Shown one piece after another: positions 1 through 13,323 of a stretch of 64,000 bases of DNA. The DNA comes from Eledone cirrhosa (lineage: Eukaryota): contig OZ024742.1 in NCBI GenBank assembly GCA_964016885.1, positions 157,356,001 through 157,420,000 of the forward strand, read 5' to 3'. A program made the position numbers and the translations under genes. The notes under the pieces are model-generated. The model made no database searches, was not told the DNA's origin, and saw only the letters and a program-made list of their open reading frames with translations. The number at the start of each line of letters is the position of its first letter. The first letter of the stretch is position 1.

Positions 1-850
1 TACCTTCTTTGAGAAAACTGAATTTAGAGATCCACAGACATGGAACTGGTTGAGAAGAGGAGACCTCAAAAAGGCTACAGAAGGAATGCTAATGGCTGCG
101 CAGGAGCAGGCCCTCAAAACGAAGTGGTTGAAGCACCATATCTACAAGGAGGAGGCTAGCCCACTGTGCAGGATCTGTGGAGAGAGAGAGGAGACTGTGG
201 CTCACATTGTGTCCGAGTGTAAACACCTAGCCCAGACCAACTATAAGGGCTGGAGACACGATGTGATGGGCAGGGTGATCCACTGGCACCTGTGCAAAGT
301 AAACAATTTACCACATTCTGAGAAATGGTATGAGCATAGGCCAGAGGCGGTATTGGAGAACAATCAGGTGAAGGTGCTGTGGGATTTTAGGATACAGACG
401 GACAAAAAACTGGAACACAATAGACCTGACCTGGTGGTTGTGGACAAAGAAAAAAGATCGTGCCTGATTGTGGATGTGGCCTGCCCGTTCGACACGAGAG
501 TGCAAGAGAAGGAGAGGGAGAAAATTAACCGACACCAGGACCTAAAGTGGGAGGTGAAAAGGATTTGGAACTGCCATGAAGTCAAAGTGATCCCGATTGT
601 CATAGGCGCACTGGGGACTATCTCCAAAGGTTTCCAGGGATGGTTAAAGAAAATCGGCCCCTTCACGCTTTTTGGAACGCTTCAAAAGGCATGCTTGCTT
701 GGAACAGCAAGAACCCTCCGATACGTCCTGAATATCTGAGGCTGCAGGTAGTGGCTTGATATTCAATCCAACGGACTTTCCAGTTAACCAACATCAATGA
801 CTGAGATTCAAGGAATAACAACAATAATAATAATAATAATAATAATAACA
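1..850 (+). mobile_element. 3' end of R4/Dong-like LINE with short 3' UTR and (AAC/AAT)n tail
   Basis: RLE ORF stops at 739, ~75 bp UTR, then aacaacaataataat... tail; same UTR recurs at 16072-16238. Confidence 0.85.
2..739 (+). CDS. C-terminal part (CCHC knuckle + restriction-like endonuclease) of an R4/Dong-like non-LTR retrotransposon ORF; open from the window edge
   Basis: CRICGEREETVAHIVSEC zinc knuckle, RHD motif, RPDLVVVD...IVDVACP PD-(D/E)xK-like core, PIVIGALG and LQKACLLGT C-terminus typical of R4-clade RLE LINEs. Confidence 0.88.
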   Translation, partial: TFFEKTEFRDPQTWNWLRRGDLKKATEGMLMAAQEQALKTKWLKHHIYKEEASPLCRICGEREETVAHIVSECKHLAQTNYKGWRHDVMGRVIHWHLCKVNNLPHSEKWYEHRPEAVLENNQVKVLWDFRIQTDKKLEHNRPDLVVVDKEKRSCLIVDVACPFDTRVQEKEREKINRHQDLKWEVKRIWNCHEVKVIPIVIGALGTISKGFQGWLKKIGPFTLFGTLQKACLLGTARTLRYVLNI

Positions 851-859
851 TATATAAGA

Positions 860-1642
860 GAAACTCTAATAATTATAACTCAAACACACATACGCTAAAT
901 AAATCGAGAATACGAACTAGATCTAAACCAGTCATATGATTTGTACCCCTTGCTTCGGTCGTAGTTAAAACACCAATTGCTATACTATTCTTTAAATCTA
1001 TTGTCACCTCTTTCCCTACTCAACATAAATACCATTCCATTTTTAATAGACATACCATTAAATTCGCAAATATTACAACCAGTAACATGGCCAAAAACAA
1101 CGTCAAATTAAACGCCAAAATCCTAAAACCAAACCAACATAATGTTCATAATAATAGAGTTAACATTAATGATACTAAACCAAAATGTAATTGTAGAAAT
1201 AAAACTAATTGCCCTTTGCAAAATAATTGTTTACATAGTAATTTGGTTTTTGCACCGAAAAACTGATCACAAAGCATACAATTACATTGGATCAACCTCA
1301 TCCACATTTAAAGCTCGTTTTGCGAACCATAAATGCTCATTCTCGAACTCTAAGAGGAAATCATCCACGTCTTTATCACAGCTCATATGGCCTTTAAAAG
1401 AGAAGAATTTAAAATACAATATTCTTTGGACAAAACTTCGGAACTGTGGAATTTACCGCCACACTAGTATATCAAGTAACTGCCCGCTCTGTACAATGGA
1501 GACCCTGTTGATTATTAATAATTACGAGACCCTAATTAACAAAAGAATTGAATTATTCTCTAGTTGTCTCCATAAAGCTACGTCCACTTTTTTAGCCTCA
1601 CATAAAACGAGAAAGAAAGAAACAATTACACCAAACCAATAA
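860..1642 (+). pseudogene. Frameshifted Penelope-like element fragment (linker + GIY-YIG endonuclease)
   Basis: CNCRNKTNCPLQNNC (~1184-1230) in one frame, then YIGSTSSTFKARFANH and CPLCTME in the 1142..1642 ORF; homologous to the 55049-56551 ORF. Confidence 0.82.
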
Positions 1643-2239
1643 CAACTCGGTTACCAGGAATATATAATCAACAGTTAAAAAAATATATTATTTGTTAACT
1701 TTGATAAATACCATCATTTCTTTATCTCCTTATTTCTCCATCTATCTTCCTATCTATGCCTATAATTTAGTATGATACCTAATCCTTACATATTTACGGA
1801 ATTTATTTAACTGTGAATTTTTAATACATTTGTGATCTCTTAAATTTTAGTTTAATACCCAATCCATAAATTTTTATGAAACTTATCTATAACTCTAAAA
1901 TTTTAATGAGTTTTTAATCTATTATTTATAGTATAATATAGCATACATTTCTTTTAAATATATTTACTGCTCTATAACATCTAAAATTTGAGACGGATTC
2001 AAACTTATATATAAATGTGAATTTTTTGCTGCGCTTTCGATCTCTCATCTATTTATAATATAATGTATTATAATATGTATGTAGTTATATATTATATTTT
2101 ATATATTTTTAAATATTTTTAAATGTTGCTACCACATTTCTATATATATGATTCAAATATAGAGAAAATATCCAAACTAAAGATTATTATAGACATTATT
2201 TTGAACTCTGTATTATCCATGCACTCATTGTTGTTTTTC

Positions 2240-2364
<125 letters not shown>

Positions 2365-2410
2365 GAAAAATAAACCAAAGAAGCCTTCAATACATCAAAA
2401 GTCTTTATTA

Positions 2411-2448
2411 GCCAACAATGTGTCGTCCTATTAAGGACTCATCAGGGC
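2411..2448 (-). ncRNA. Type I hammerhead ribozyme, family A, probably inactive (GAAA to GACA)
   Basis: Minus: GCC CUGAUGA GUCC UUAAUA GGAC GACAC AUU GUU GGC. Confidence 0.7.
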
Positions 2449-4013
2449 AAGTAAAGCTACAAGAAGCACTATCGGCCAATATAAGCCAGAAACTCAGAAG
2501 AATATGGAGTATACATCTATTAAAGCCTAGGAAGGATATCAAGTAAAAGTAGTCTAAGATTAAGAGTGTGCAGTTACAAACATAGATATAGACCAAATAG
2601 CAAGGAAGTGATTAACATGTTGAACCCACATTGTAAATATTACATAATACAAAAACTTGAAACACAAATGGTAATATAATGCGAGAATTACAGTACGATA
2701 TAGAATATAATATAATAGATGCTGATAATAAAAAGCTTAATAAATGTATATATATATCTATCTATACATATATACATTAGTACAAACACAAACTAACACT
2801 TATTAAGTATTTAAATATATGTATATATATTGTTTACAGTATAATATAATAACGATAAAAATAAGAATAAAGATACAAATAAAAATAAAATATAATATAT
2901 AATTCCCTGTCAGTGTGCATAAACAATATAAAAACATTATAACATTATAATAACAATATTATAATATATTGGCATCAAAATATATACAAAATTACATCAT
3001 ATATATAATTCAAGGTTAACAAATAGTATAAAGTTTTACACAGGGTAAGAAAAAAATCATATAGAACTAAATAGTGTTGAAAAAATTGTGTTGAAAAAAA
3101 TATCTATACCATTGTAACAAATACACGGAGGTCAAGACGTTTTACATTGGAATTAATATTACCAAAATATCACAAGATATTACAAAATATAACAGAACCA
3201 TACTTCAAATAACATATTAAAATCCATAATACGATTACATAAAAATGATATGATATAACAACATTAATATCAAATATCAAACAGAGTCTAAGGAAATGCT
3301 TAATAAATATTTACGTGGTTGAGATACACAGACATATATTAATGAACAGCGTGTGGTAGTAAAAAAATAAATAAAATAAACCGAAGATCGAAAAACAAAA
3401 AACAAGTATATTTACTTAGGTGTCACAATCGGTTAAGTAAAAGAAGAGATAGAAATGTAAGCGGCGAACTGACTAGAAAACCTTTCTAAATTAATTAATA
3501 TTAAAAGTATTTAAAATACATATTTAATCACTTCAAAATTGGCTATAGTTTAAGTCATCAAAACCGTATAAGTTTGAGATATTTCAATAAAATTATCAAG
3601 AATAACGTTATCAAATAAAAGGACTCTAAATAGAACTATGGTAGACCAATGGAAACAGAAAGAAGAGAGGTTATGGAGGATAGGAAGGAGCATAAAAGTA
3701 AAATCAATATATTATATAATATCATAAAAGGAGCATAAAGGTGAAATTTATATATAGTATAATAGAAGGGGCGGATATTAAGTGTGTAGAGGAGGAGGTA
3801 CATTAGTTGAATGAGACTCCAACCAAAGTATTTAATAAGATATAAACCCTTAAGGTGTTAGTAATGAAACTATAATAATGCTTAAGACGATAGATAGGGT
3901 ATGGTAGCCAAAAGACTATGGAAACTAAAATCGAAAAGTTGTAAAAAAACTAATAATAATTAAGATGATGGTAATCAAAATAAACCTAAACAAAAAATAA
4001 GGAAATATAGCAG

Positions 4014-4470
4014 CTAATGGATACGATTTAAACTACCAGAACTTTTAGGTTTATAATAGAAGAAATAATTAGAAATGGCATGGGGGCAGGAAGAAAATAT
4101 CTCAGACTTTCTATTAAGCAAAACTTCCCTAGAGAAAACCATAGAGTGGGTCTCTAGGATACAGAGATTACAGAATTTAGTGTGTGTTGATAGGTTATTA
4201 GAGCGTGCTACTATACGCCAATTAAGGCTATATGGCATGCCTGCCTCTTTAAGATCCCAGATATGGTGTGCTAAAGAAGTAGAGTTCTTAAACTTAACAT
4301 GCTTAAAATTAGAGATATGAGAATTAAACCTAGTGTTAAAAGTATTAGATGTGGAGCCTATATATGTGCTATTAGAAGAATCAGTCTTAACTTCACAAGC
4401 ATAAACAATGTTCCTAGAGAGGCAGTGACCGTTTAAAGGGCAGTTAATACTTACTCTATAGTTACAATTC
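4014..4470 (-). pseudogene. PLE GIY-YIG endonuclease remnant
   Basis: Minus strand reads CPLNGHCLSRNIVYACEVK...YIGSTSNTFNTRFNSH...CNLCILE...SEIFSSCPH. Confidence 0.85.
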
Positions 4471-5481
4471 CTGGTGCTATTTACCGGCTGAATAAGTGAT
4501 GCATCACTTCTAGGGTTATTATAAGATAAGGTCTGCTCAGGTGGTAAGGCATTAAGGGATTTTTACTACCACACGCTGTTCATTAATATATGTCTGTGTA
4601 TCTCAACCGCGTAAATATTTATTAAGCATTTCCTTAGACTCTGTTTGATATTTGATATTAATGTTGTTATATCATATCATTTTTATGTAATCGTATTTTA
4701 GATTTTAATATATGTTATTTGAAGTATGGTTCTGTTATATTTTGTAATATCTTGTGATATTTTGGTAATATTAATGCCAATGTAAAACGTCTTGACCTCC
4801 GTTTATTTGTTACAATGGTATAGATTTTTTTTTTCAACACAATTTTTTCAACACTATTTAGTTCTATATGATTTTTTTCTTACCCTGTGTAAAACGTTAT
4901 ACTATTTGTTAACCTTGAATTATATATATGATGTAATTTTGTATATCTTTTGATGCCAATATATTATAATATTGTTATTATAATGTTATTATAATGTTTT
5001 TATATTGTTTATGCACACTGACAGGGAATTATATATTATATTTTATTTTTATTTGTATCTTTATTTTTATTTTTATCTTTATTATATGTAAACAATATAT
5101 ATATATATATTTAAAAACTTAATAAGTGTTAGTTTGTGTTTGTACTAATGTATATATGTATAGATATATATATATATACATATATTAAGCTTTTTATTAT
5201 CAGCATCTATTATATTATATTATATTCTATATCGTACTGTAATTCTCACATTATATTACCATTTGTGTTTCAAGTTTTCGCATTATGTAATATTTACAAT
5301 GTGCGTTCAACATGTTAACCACTTCCTTGCTATTTGGTCTATATCTATGTGTGTAACTGCTCACTCTTAATCTTAGCCTACTTTTGCTTGATATCCTTCC
5401 TAGGCTTTAATAGATGTATTCTCCATATTCTTCTGAGTTTTTGGCTTGTATTGGCCAATAGTGCTTCTTGTAGCTTTACTT

Positions 5482-5519
5482 GCCCTGATGAGTCCTTAAT
5501 AGGACGAAACATTGTTGGC
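5482..5519 (+). ncRNA. Type I minimal hammerhead ribozyme, family A
   Basis: GCC CUGAUGA GUCC-UUAAUA-GGAC GAAAC AUU GUU^ GGC; short helix I GCC/GGC; AATAAA at 5521. Confidence 0.85.
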
Positions 5520-5676
5520 TAATAAAGACTTTTCATGTATTGAAGGCTTCTTTGGTTTATTCTTTATAATTCTTCGGCTCTGTTTTATTACATTGAGCTA
5601 TATCTTATACTGTCATTTCTATAATATGAAGAGCGTGTTTAACTCCAACACACTCTAGTATTTTAATTCTTATATA

Positions 5677-5739
<63 letters not shown>

Positions 5740-5914
5740 GAATATGTGTTCCTACACGCACAAGGCGCTAAGGGACACATGTATTGTCCAACCATATGCC
5801 AATGTGGGTCAATGGCAGGTTAATAAATTAACGAGCAGAACATATATAATCAAGGTTTAGCAAATAAGAAAAAGTTTCAAAATAAACTTTAAAAAATTAA
5901 CTTTACTTACTATG

Positions 5915-6003
5915 GTTACCTTTACCGATTCGGTTTCGATTCTCAAAAATAAACGGAGTCCATACGGCCTTCGTTGCAAAGAAAGAATCTCGTCAGAAGG
6001 ATC
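5915..6003 (-). ncRNA. Type I hammerhead ribozyme, family B (long helix II)
   Basis: Minus: CCUU CUGACGA GAUUCU...AGAAUC GAA ACCG AAU CGGU A^ AAGG. Confidence 0.82.
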
Positions 6004-6029
6004 TTGAATTTATATTCTTCGAATGAAAA

Positions 6030-6113
6030 GATCATTCTGACGAGATTCTTTCTTTGCAACGAAGGCCGTATGTACTCCGTTTATTTTTGAGAATCGAAAC
6101 CGAAAAGGTAACC
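6030..6113 (+). ncRNA. Family B hammerhead, inactivated (6-nt deletion removes the cleavage triplet)
   Basis: gaaaccgaa-aaggtaacc versus gaaaccgaa-tcggta-aaggtaacc in the sister copies. Confidence 0.65.
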
Positions 6114-6505
6114 GTAGTAAGTAAAGTTAATTTTTTAAAATTTATTTTGAAACTTTTTCTTATTTGCTAAACCTTGATTATATATGTTCTGGCTCGTTAA
6201 TTTATGAACCTGCCATTGAACCACATTGGCATATGTTTGGACAATACATGTGTCCCTTAGCGCCTTGTGCGTGTAGGAACACATATTCTATTATTACTAT
6301 GCTCCTCTATGTTGAGAAAAAATGTGGTCGTCCCGACTGCTGCTAGCTATAGCGGTAGCCGACTGACCTCCCTGTCTCTACCTCTATCTTTACACTCGGC
6401 CCTTGAAAAAATTGATTCCACTTCATTTACTCTCATCTCGGGAACAATTTTGAATAGCGCCAATTCGTAATTTGAATTCGAGAATTTATATTCCTCGAAT
6501 GAAAA

Positions 6506-6594
6506 GTTCCTTCTGACGAGATTCTTTCTTTGCAACGAAGGCCGTATGGACTCCGTTTACTTTTGAGAATCGAAACCGAATCGGTAAAGGTAAC
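6506..6594 (+). ncRNA. Type I hammerhead ribozyme, family B
   Basis: GUUCCUU CUGACGA GAUUCU...AGAAUC GAA ACCG AAU CGGU A^ AAGGUAAC. Confidence 0.85.
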
Positions 6595-6658
6595 CATAGT
6601 AAGAAAAGTTAATTTTTAAAAATTTATTTTGAAACTTTTTCTTACTTGCTAAATCTTG

Positions 6659-6721
<63 letters not shown>

Positions 6722-8284
6722 TTAAATGTGACACGTTGATAAAATTATAACTGTTATCATTTACCTAAAGTATACTACACTAATAATACCTAATATATAT
6801 CTATATATATACATCCCTATATCTAATAATATGTTGATATCTTGGTTGAAGAATAATTAGTGCATTTACACCCAATTATACATAGGTATATATTTACCCT
6901 TAACATCCTTCAATATATTATCTTCTTCTATTCTTATCTTCGTTATTATTTACCTTAAACATACTGGCTCATTAATATATTAATATATACCTATATACAT
7001 AATAGTTATTTAAATAGTTATAACAATAAGTACTTCAAAAGCTTTACATACCTAATATGTTGGTATATTTGTTAAAGTTTGAATTTAGGTAAATAATCAA
7101 CAGTATAACAGTTCATTCTTTATGTGCCAGCTAAATCCTTTTAATGTTACCCTCATAAAATTCAGAAGTTTAGAAATGATAACACTCTTATCGAATTTAT
7201 ATAAATAATATATAAATAATTAGCAAATAATCCTGAAATTTGGAGTCTTCACCTTAATATTATAAATTAAATATTTTCAAATCTTACCGTTTAACTTTCG
7301 AAAACAAAAACCCACACTTTAACTTTCCCTCCTTATAAATCTTTTTCCAGTGGCTATCACTGGATGTTATGATTCAAGAGACGTTTCCCTAGATATATTA
7401 AAATTTTAGAACACTTACAGTGTGCAACGTTTTTTCTTACTCACACATTCTCTAATGCATTCATTACGTTTTCGCACTTTCACACAGATATTATATAAAT
7501 AAAGTTTTCTATCGGGTAATCACTACCTTGATTAAATCTTAACCATGAGGACTTACTGTTGTACATCCGAAATATGTATGATAAAATGTAATTGATCAAA
7601 AGAACATCTATTTTATTCATACTTATATTATAATATTATATATATATATATATATTATAACTGACACTTCTTTTCAGATTAGTCCACCTCTTCAACGTAG
7701 TGTGAGCCAAATCATAATTCCACAAATCTGCCTTGATCCTGTATACTATTTTACTGGTGAGATAATGAGGAAGATCTTGCAATTCGTGGAAATATATTCA
7801 TTAGTATACACTCACGTGTACCGCTTGAGTACAGTAGGTATCATAGGTTGTTGTTGTTTTTTGCGAAACTGACACAAACAGCCCGCGGGGCTTTCAGGGA
7901 GGACACGAGAATAATGGCCCGCAGACTACGGATTGTTGTAGGCTCTTAAATGACTACCACACCTGACACGAGAAGGACCAACATTTCGGGAGATGTTACA
8001 GACATACTTGTACCGGATATCTTCCGGGAATGAGTTAAAAGCACCATTCCTGATTGCACTCTTAAACACCGCATGTTCCATTATTTTCACCTCAAAACGG
8101 TCACAACCATCATAAACCAGACATGTCCAACAAGATCTACTGTGTGCCTCGTCTTGCCAAACTTCAGCACTAATACCAAAATCGAATACATTTAACCAAA
8201 TTGTAGAGCTGGTTTCCATCATTGAATGCAAACGAAGTGGAAGATGTTATATTAGACAACTTCTCTCAGAGAGATATCTTAATG

Positions 8285-10790
8285 AGAGTTGTTGTCTCAG
8301 AGGACACTGTCCTTCAACCCACCGAGGAGATCGTGGCTGCTCTGCGGCTCAAACACCCTGAGCCACCCACTGATCTCAGACCCATACCCCCACCCGACCC
8401 TCACCTGCTCCTTGTGGCTACTGATGCAGATATCTTGTCCGCAATCAGGTCCTTCCCAGCTAGCAGCTGCGGTGGTGTTGATGGTCTCCGACCAGGCCAC
8501 CTCAGGGAGTTGACATCCCCCCTCTTCGCTGATGCCGGGCGCCGCATTCTGAGTGCAATTGTGGCGCTCACCTATAGGCTCATTCATGGTGTCCTCGACA
8601 CTTACGTCCGAGGCCTCTTTTTTTCGGCCAGCCTACTGCTCTCACGAAGAAAGAGGGTGGCATACGCCCCATTGCTGTGGGCAATGTCTTCCGTAGGCTG
8701 GCTGCCAAGGTGATCTGTAAGTCCGTCACACACGAACTAGGTGAGGGGTTGAGTCCAGTGCAACTGGGTGTCGGCGTGTCTGGTGGTTGTGAGGGAACCT
8801 CTCATGCAATCAGGCAGTTCTTCAGCAGCTGCCCATCGTTACCGGCATCCAGGGACTCCAGTCACAGCATTGTCAAGCTTGACATGAGGAATGCCTTTAA
8901 CTCTTTACGCCGGGATCATCTGCTCGACGCTTGCCTCAGCCAAGCCCCCTCTTCCTACCCGCTGGCCTACCTGTCATATGGAGCCCGAAGCATGCTCCTA
9001 GCTGCTGATACGGTCATACCCTTGGCTACGAGGGTCCAACAGGGCGACCCTTTGGGACACCTCCTGTTCGCCTTTCGTATTGACCACATCGCCCGGAGTA
9101 TCACGGCCTCTCTCAACGTTTGGTATCTGGATGATGCTACGTTGGGCGGGCCTGTACGGACAGTCAGACCTTCAATCGGTGATTCCTTCCCTGGCGGGAA
9201 TAGGCCTCCAGGTCAACTCGGCCAAGTCGGAGGTGGTGAACGTCAGCCTCGATGCTGCGAGCTTTGCAGCCTCCATCTTGGACGTGGGGCCATTCTCCGC
9301 CAGGGTCAGGTGACCCCAAAGAGGATGTCCTCATACTTGAGTCACCGATCCACCCGCCGGCCATCCGCTCCACCAACAAATCAAGGCTTCAACAGCTCCA
9401 GACTCTCACGAGCCGACTGGTTTGACGGCCACACAGCTCTCTTTCTGCTGAAGAACTGCTTCGCCAGGCCGAAGCTCCTCTATACACTCCGCAGCGCTCC
9501 ATGCTACACCCAGACATCTCTCCTCGCTGACCTCGATACTTGTATCCGAGTAGCAGCCGAGGGGATATGCAACGTCAAGTATGACGACATAGGGTGGTAA
9601 CAGGACAATTTACCTGTCAGGTATGGCGGCCTAGGCTTCCGGTCCCCGATCTCACTAGCTTTGCCGGCGTATCTTTCGTCGGTAACCTCGTGCCCGTCCT
9701 CGTCAGCAGGGCTCTTCAAAACACAACAGAACCCTCTGTGTTCAGAGAACGTGAGGCCGCCTGTGAGACGTGGGACCGGCTGGGACTTAGCCCAGTACAC
9801 GTCCTTCCTCCTTCTCCACCTGTTGACGTCAAGTCCACCCAACGCACTTGGGATGTCATCCACTGCAGCCTGGCCTCAGACAGGCTCACGCACCAGCTCG
9901 CCCAGCACCACCTTGATTGTTTTCGTGCGGCCTCCAAACCCCACAGTGGTGCCTGGCTCCATGTTCTGCCCTCCTTCTCCACTGGCACGCAGCTAGACAA
10001 CCATAGCCTGCGAATCGGCGTTTCCCTGAGGCTCGGACTCCATATCTGCCAGCCACACCAATGTGGCTGCGGTTCCACGGTGGACTCTTTCCGCCTCCAC
10101 CCGCTTTCCTGTCGCCACAGTGCCGGCCGCATTCCACGCCATACTGCCCTCAACGAGGTCATTATCATGGCTTGGACGCTGTAGGCTTCCCTTCCCAGCT
10201 CGAGCCGGTGGGGCTGGATCGAGGGGACGGCAAAAGGCCAGATGGCATGACTATATTCCCGTTACGCGGTGGCAAACCGCCCGTCTGGGATGCAACTTGC
10301 ACCGACATTTTCTGCAGCCGCAGACTGATGCAGTCTGCGACTGACCCAGGTTCTGCTGCACATCGGGCTAAGGGGGCAAACTCCTCAAATACCCGTCGGT
10401 CTCCTACAGGTTTGCGGACGTTCCCCTGGCAGTGGAAACTTCTGGTGTCCTAGGCCTTAGGGCTACCTCCTTACTCCCCACCATAGGCGCTGAGCTGGTC
10501 AGTGAAGGTGTGAGCCCCGCGAGTGGGAGTGGCTTTTCCAGCGCGTCTCCCTTGTCGTCCTCCGGGGAAACACCTTCTCCATTCTCTCCGCCGAGGCTGT
10601 GGGTGCGCTACATCGGGTACTAATACATTAGTTAAATAGCATTCTTTCATCTCATACATATTTACATGATTACTTGTAGCTAATAGCATTGTAGTGCCAA
10701 TTAGTTTTATAACACCGCTATATTACCTACATGAAAGAGGTAAATATTTATTTCTCTTGTCTTCTTAACTGTATAGAACAAGTTTCTTAT
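8285..10790 (+). mobile_element. 5'-truncated, frameshifted CRE-like non-LTR retrotransposon (RT + zinc knuckle + RLE); 3' boundary approximate
   Basis: GC-rich island; SCGGVDGLRPGHL, IAVGNVFRRLAAK, PVQLGVGVSGGCE, LDMRNAFNS, QQGDPLG, WYLDD, GAWLHVLP, CGCGSTVDSFRLHPLSC..RH, KRPDGMT..WDATC and QRVSLVVLRGN across several frames. Confidence 0.85.
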
Positions 10791-10996
10791 ATATATTCTT
10801 AATGATTGGATGACCGTTGACTCTCCTGAATTCCTCCGCACATTGAGAGGTTTTGTTTTTTAGCTCGCAGGGTGTCCAAAATCTCCTCGTCACCAGGAAG
10901 CTAGTTTGGCGGTTGCCGGTTTAGTCGCTACCGATCTGACCAAGCATAGGTTGTACTGGGTTACTTGTTATCACTAGTGCAGCGCTGACGAGCGAT

Positions 10997-11048
<52 letters not shown>

Positions 11049-11205
11049 TGTGTGTGTATGTGTGTGTGTATGTGTGTGTGTGGGTGTGTGTGTGGGTGTG
11101 ATACAGTTATATCTGTGTATTTTGTGATATGCTGATATGCCTATACATTAAATAAGTGCTTATATGAATATACATTATTATTTACGAGTTTGGTGGATTT
11201 ACGAA

Positions 11206-11517
11206 GGCGGTGGATTGGCAGTATTGGTAGAGGATCGGACGCCATGCTTTGACGCATAGAGTTACGGCCCTTGCCATTCTGAGTCCAAATCCCGCCGAGG
11301 TTAACTTTGCCTTTCATGCTTACGGGGTCGATACAATAAAGTGCCAGTAATACACTGGGTAATTGCTGGCCTTGTGCCTAACGTAGAAACAATTATTTAC
11401 AAGTTCAAATCCCGCCGAGGTCAACTGTGCCTTTGATCCTTACGGGGTCGATAAAATAAAGTACCAGTAATGCACTGGGTAATTGCTGGCCTTGCGCCTA
11501 AAGTAGAAACAATTATT
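11206..11517 (+). mobile_element. tRNA-derived SINE (octopus OR/OK-like), full copy plus tandem duplicate of its 3' part (11402-11517)
   Basis: tRNA-like head with B-box-like gagtccaaatccc; conserved core gccgaggttaactttgcctttcat..ggggtcgataaaataaagtaccag; tail ccttgtgcctaaagtagaaacaattatt. Confidence 0.8.
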
Positions 11518-11588
11518 TACACGTATGAATATATACATGTTGAAAATATCTTACAAATATCTACACACCCACATTCATATATATATAT

Positions 11589-11658
<70 letters not shown>

Positions 11659-13196
11659 TGTGTGTGTATGTGTGTGTGTGTATGTGTGTGTGTGTAATTA
11701 TAGACAATACACGATATTGAAATAAATATATAAAGAAAAGTCATGCTCATAAGCATTTACAGTGAAAAGTGTTAAAAATATTCTCTACTGTCGAATCGTA
11801 TAAGACGTCTTAAAATCAGAAATCCACTAAAGAATGGAAATATATTTTGAATTTGTTTTGCTTTTCTATATTTTTCGGAATATATCTTCCATTATATTTG
11901 ATCGCTCAAAGTCAGAATTAAGAGCATCAATTAGTTTTATGAAAAACTCACATTATTTTAGATATAGCGCTTCAAATAATACCGTCCAACTAAAAGATTA
12001 ATGTTGATTCGTCAGTTCAAATAAGTTTAAAAGCATTTTCCGTTTAATATAAAATATATAACAACAAAATGGTTCTTGAATTTGTGAAACTTAATTGGAA
12101 ATTACACACATGAATTGTTACAAATATAAGATCTTCTCCACGACAATATCAAACAATTTTAAAGGTCTTCAATACTATATTTGATTTCATTGTTTTTCTC
12201 ATGAAATATATCGATTATAAAGCAAGTTTCATATTTTAAATAGCATTACTTAATTTTTTTTTTATTCATAACTAAGTTATATTCATGAAAAACTTTCACT
12301 AATTCTTTGTATCAATAATTTGTTATGACATCTAATCGAAACCTATGAGAATTGTAATAATGTAAACTGTTCGTTCTTTATTTAAAGTTTACCTAAATAT
12401 AAGTTAGATTTTATTTAATTGGAGTTGTGTTGTGTATGTACAAAGCTAGTTTGAACACTCGATGTAAGAGACCATCTTCATATAAGACGGTACAACATCA
12501 CTACAAAACATTCAGATGATGGATATTCACGTATGTCTGATTTATCTCAATATATTCCTGCATGAAAGATCTATCTAACGTTCATTTATTTTAGTTAAAT
12601 ATATGTCTCCTTCTATTTGCACGATGATTCGGGTATTTAAGGTTGAAAAACAATAGAAACAATATTTATGATATATGATATATATTCCAAATGAATTTAA
12701 ATCAACATGGTGACTTCGGTTATCAAATAATTAAACCCCTTGAATAGTGCACAACATTCCTGTCATTTAGTTTAAATCTATTTGTAAAGTTTGTATGATA
12801 TCATTTTTTACTGTTTTAGAAAGGTATTGCATTTAGCTGCAGAACAGGTATGGACCATATATCCCACTATCAATTTGATTCTATTTATAACTATTTCCAT
12901 CTTTGCTTACTTCCAGCCTTAATCTAGCTTGCCTAAATTTCACTAAGGTAGTGAAATAATAATGGCGAGTTAGAAAATATTTCCAGATCTGTCGACAACG
13001 CAGAGGTTACACATAGCATTCTATATTTTTCTATGATACAGTTTTTCTTAACAATCCCCATATGTTTCTGTTATTGATCACATTTCTGTAGTATCATTGT
13101 TCACATTTCTATAAAGACATTTCATTATACCGTTTGGTGTTAGATAATATGATCTTTATTGGTCGTCATAACACCGTGTGTAACGGATGTCTCATA

Positions 13197-13323
13197 TAAT
13201 TGTTTCTACTTTTGGCACAAGGCCAGCAAATACCCAGTGTATTACTGGTACCTTATTTTATCGACCCCGTAAGGACGAAAGGCAAAGTTAATCTCGGCGG
13301 GATTTGAACTCAGAATGGCAAGG
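13197..13323 (-). mobile_element. SINE, 5'-truncated
   Basis: Reverse complement of SINE core and tail; imperfect flanking duplication ggatgtct(ca/tg)tataat. Confidence 0.8.

Larger units (their letters stand above)
5736..6662 (+). mobile_element. Non-coding HHR-bearing element: inverted copy (5736-6005) plus partial tandem of ~477-bp period, flanked by (TA)n
   Basis: 5736-6003 is the reverse complement of ~6030-6292; ~6008-6184 recurs at ~6484-6662. Confidence 0.8.

Noticed and set aside
2025-2052. Minus-strand agatgagagatcgaaagcgc resembling a minimal HHR
   Set aside because: Core lacks CU, no NUH triplet and no helix I.
8130-8165. DEAH helicase motif in the 7926..8231 ORF
   Set aside because: No preceding hydrophobic strand or Walker A motif; likely chance.
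9504-10168. Long antisense ORFs over the CRE element
   Set aside because: Shadow ORFs expected in GC-rich coding DNA.
10980-10998. gcagcg-ctgacga-gcgatctc as a hammerhead start
   Set aside because: Runs directly into (CA)n with no GAAA or helix III.
11206-11300. tRNA gene
   Set aside because: Only a tRNA-like SINE head; no complete cloverleaf and repeated with the SINE body.
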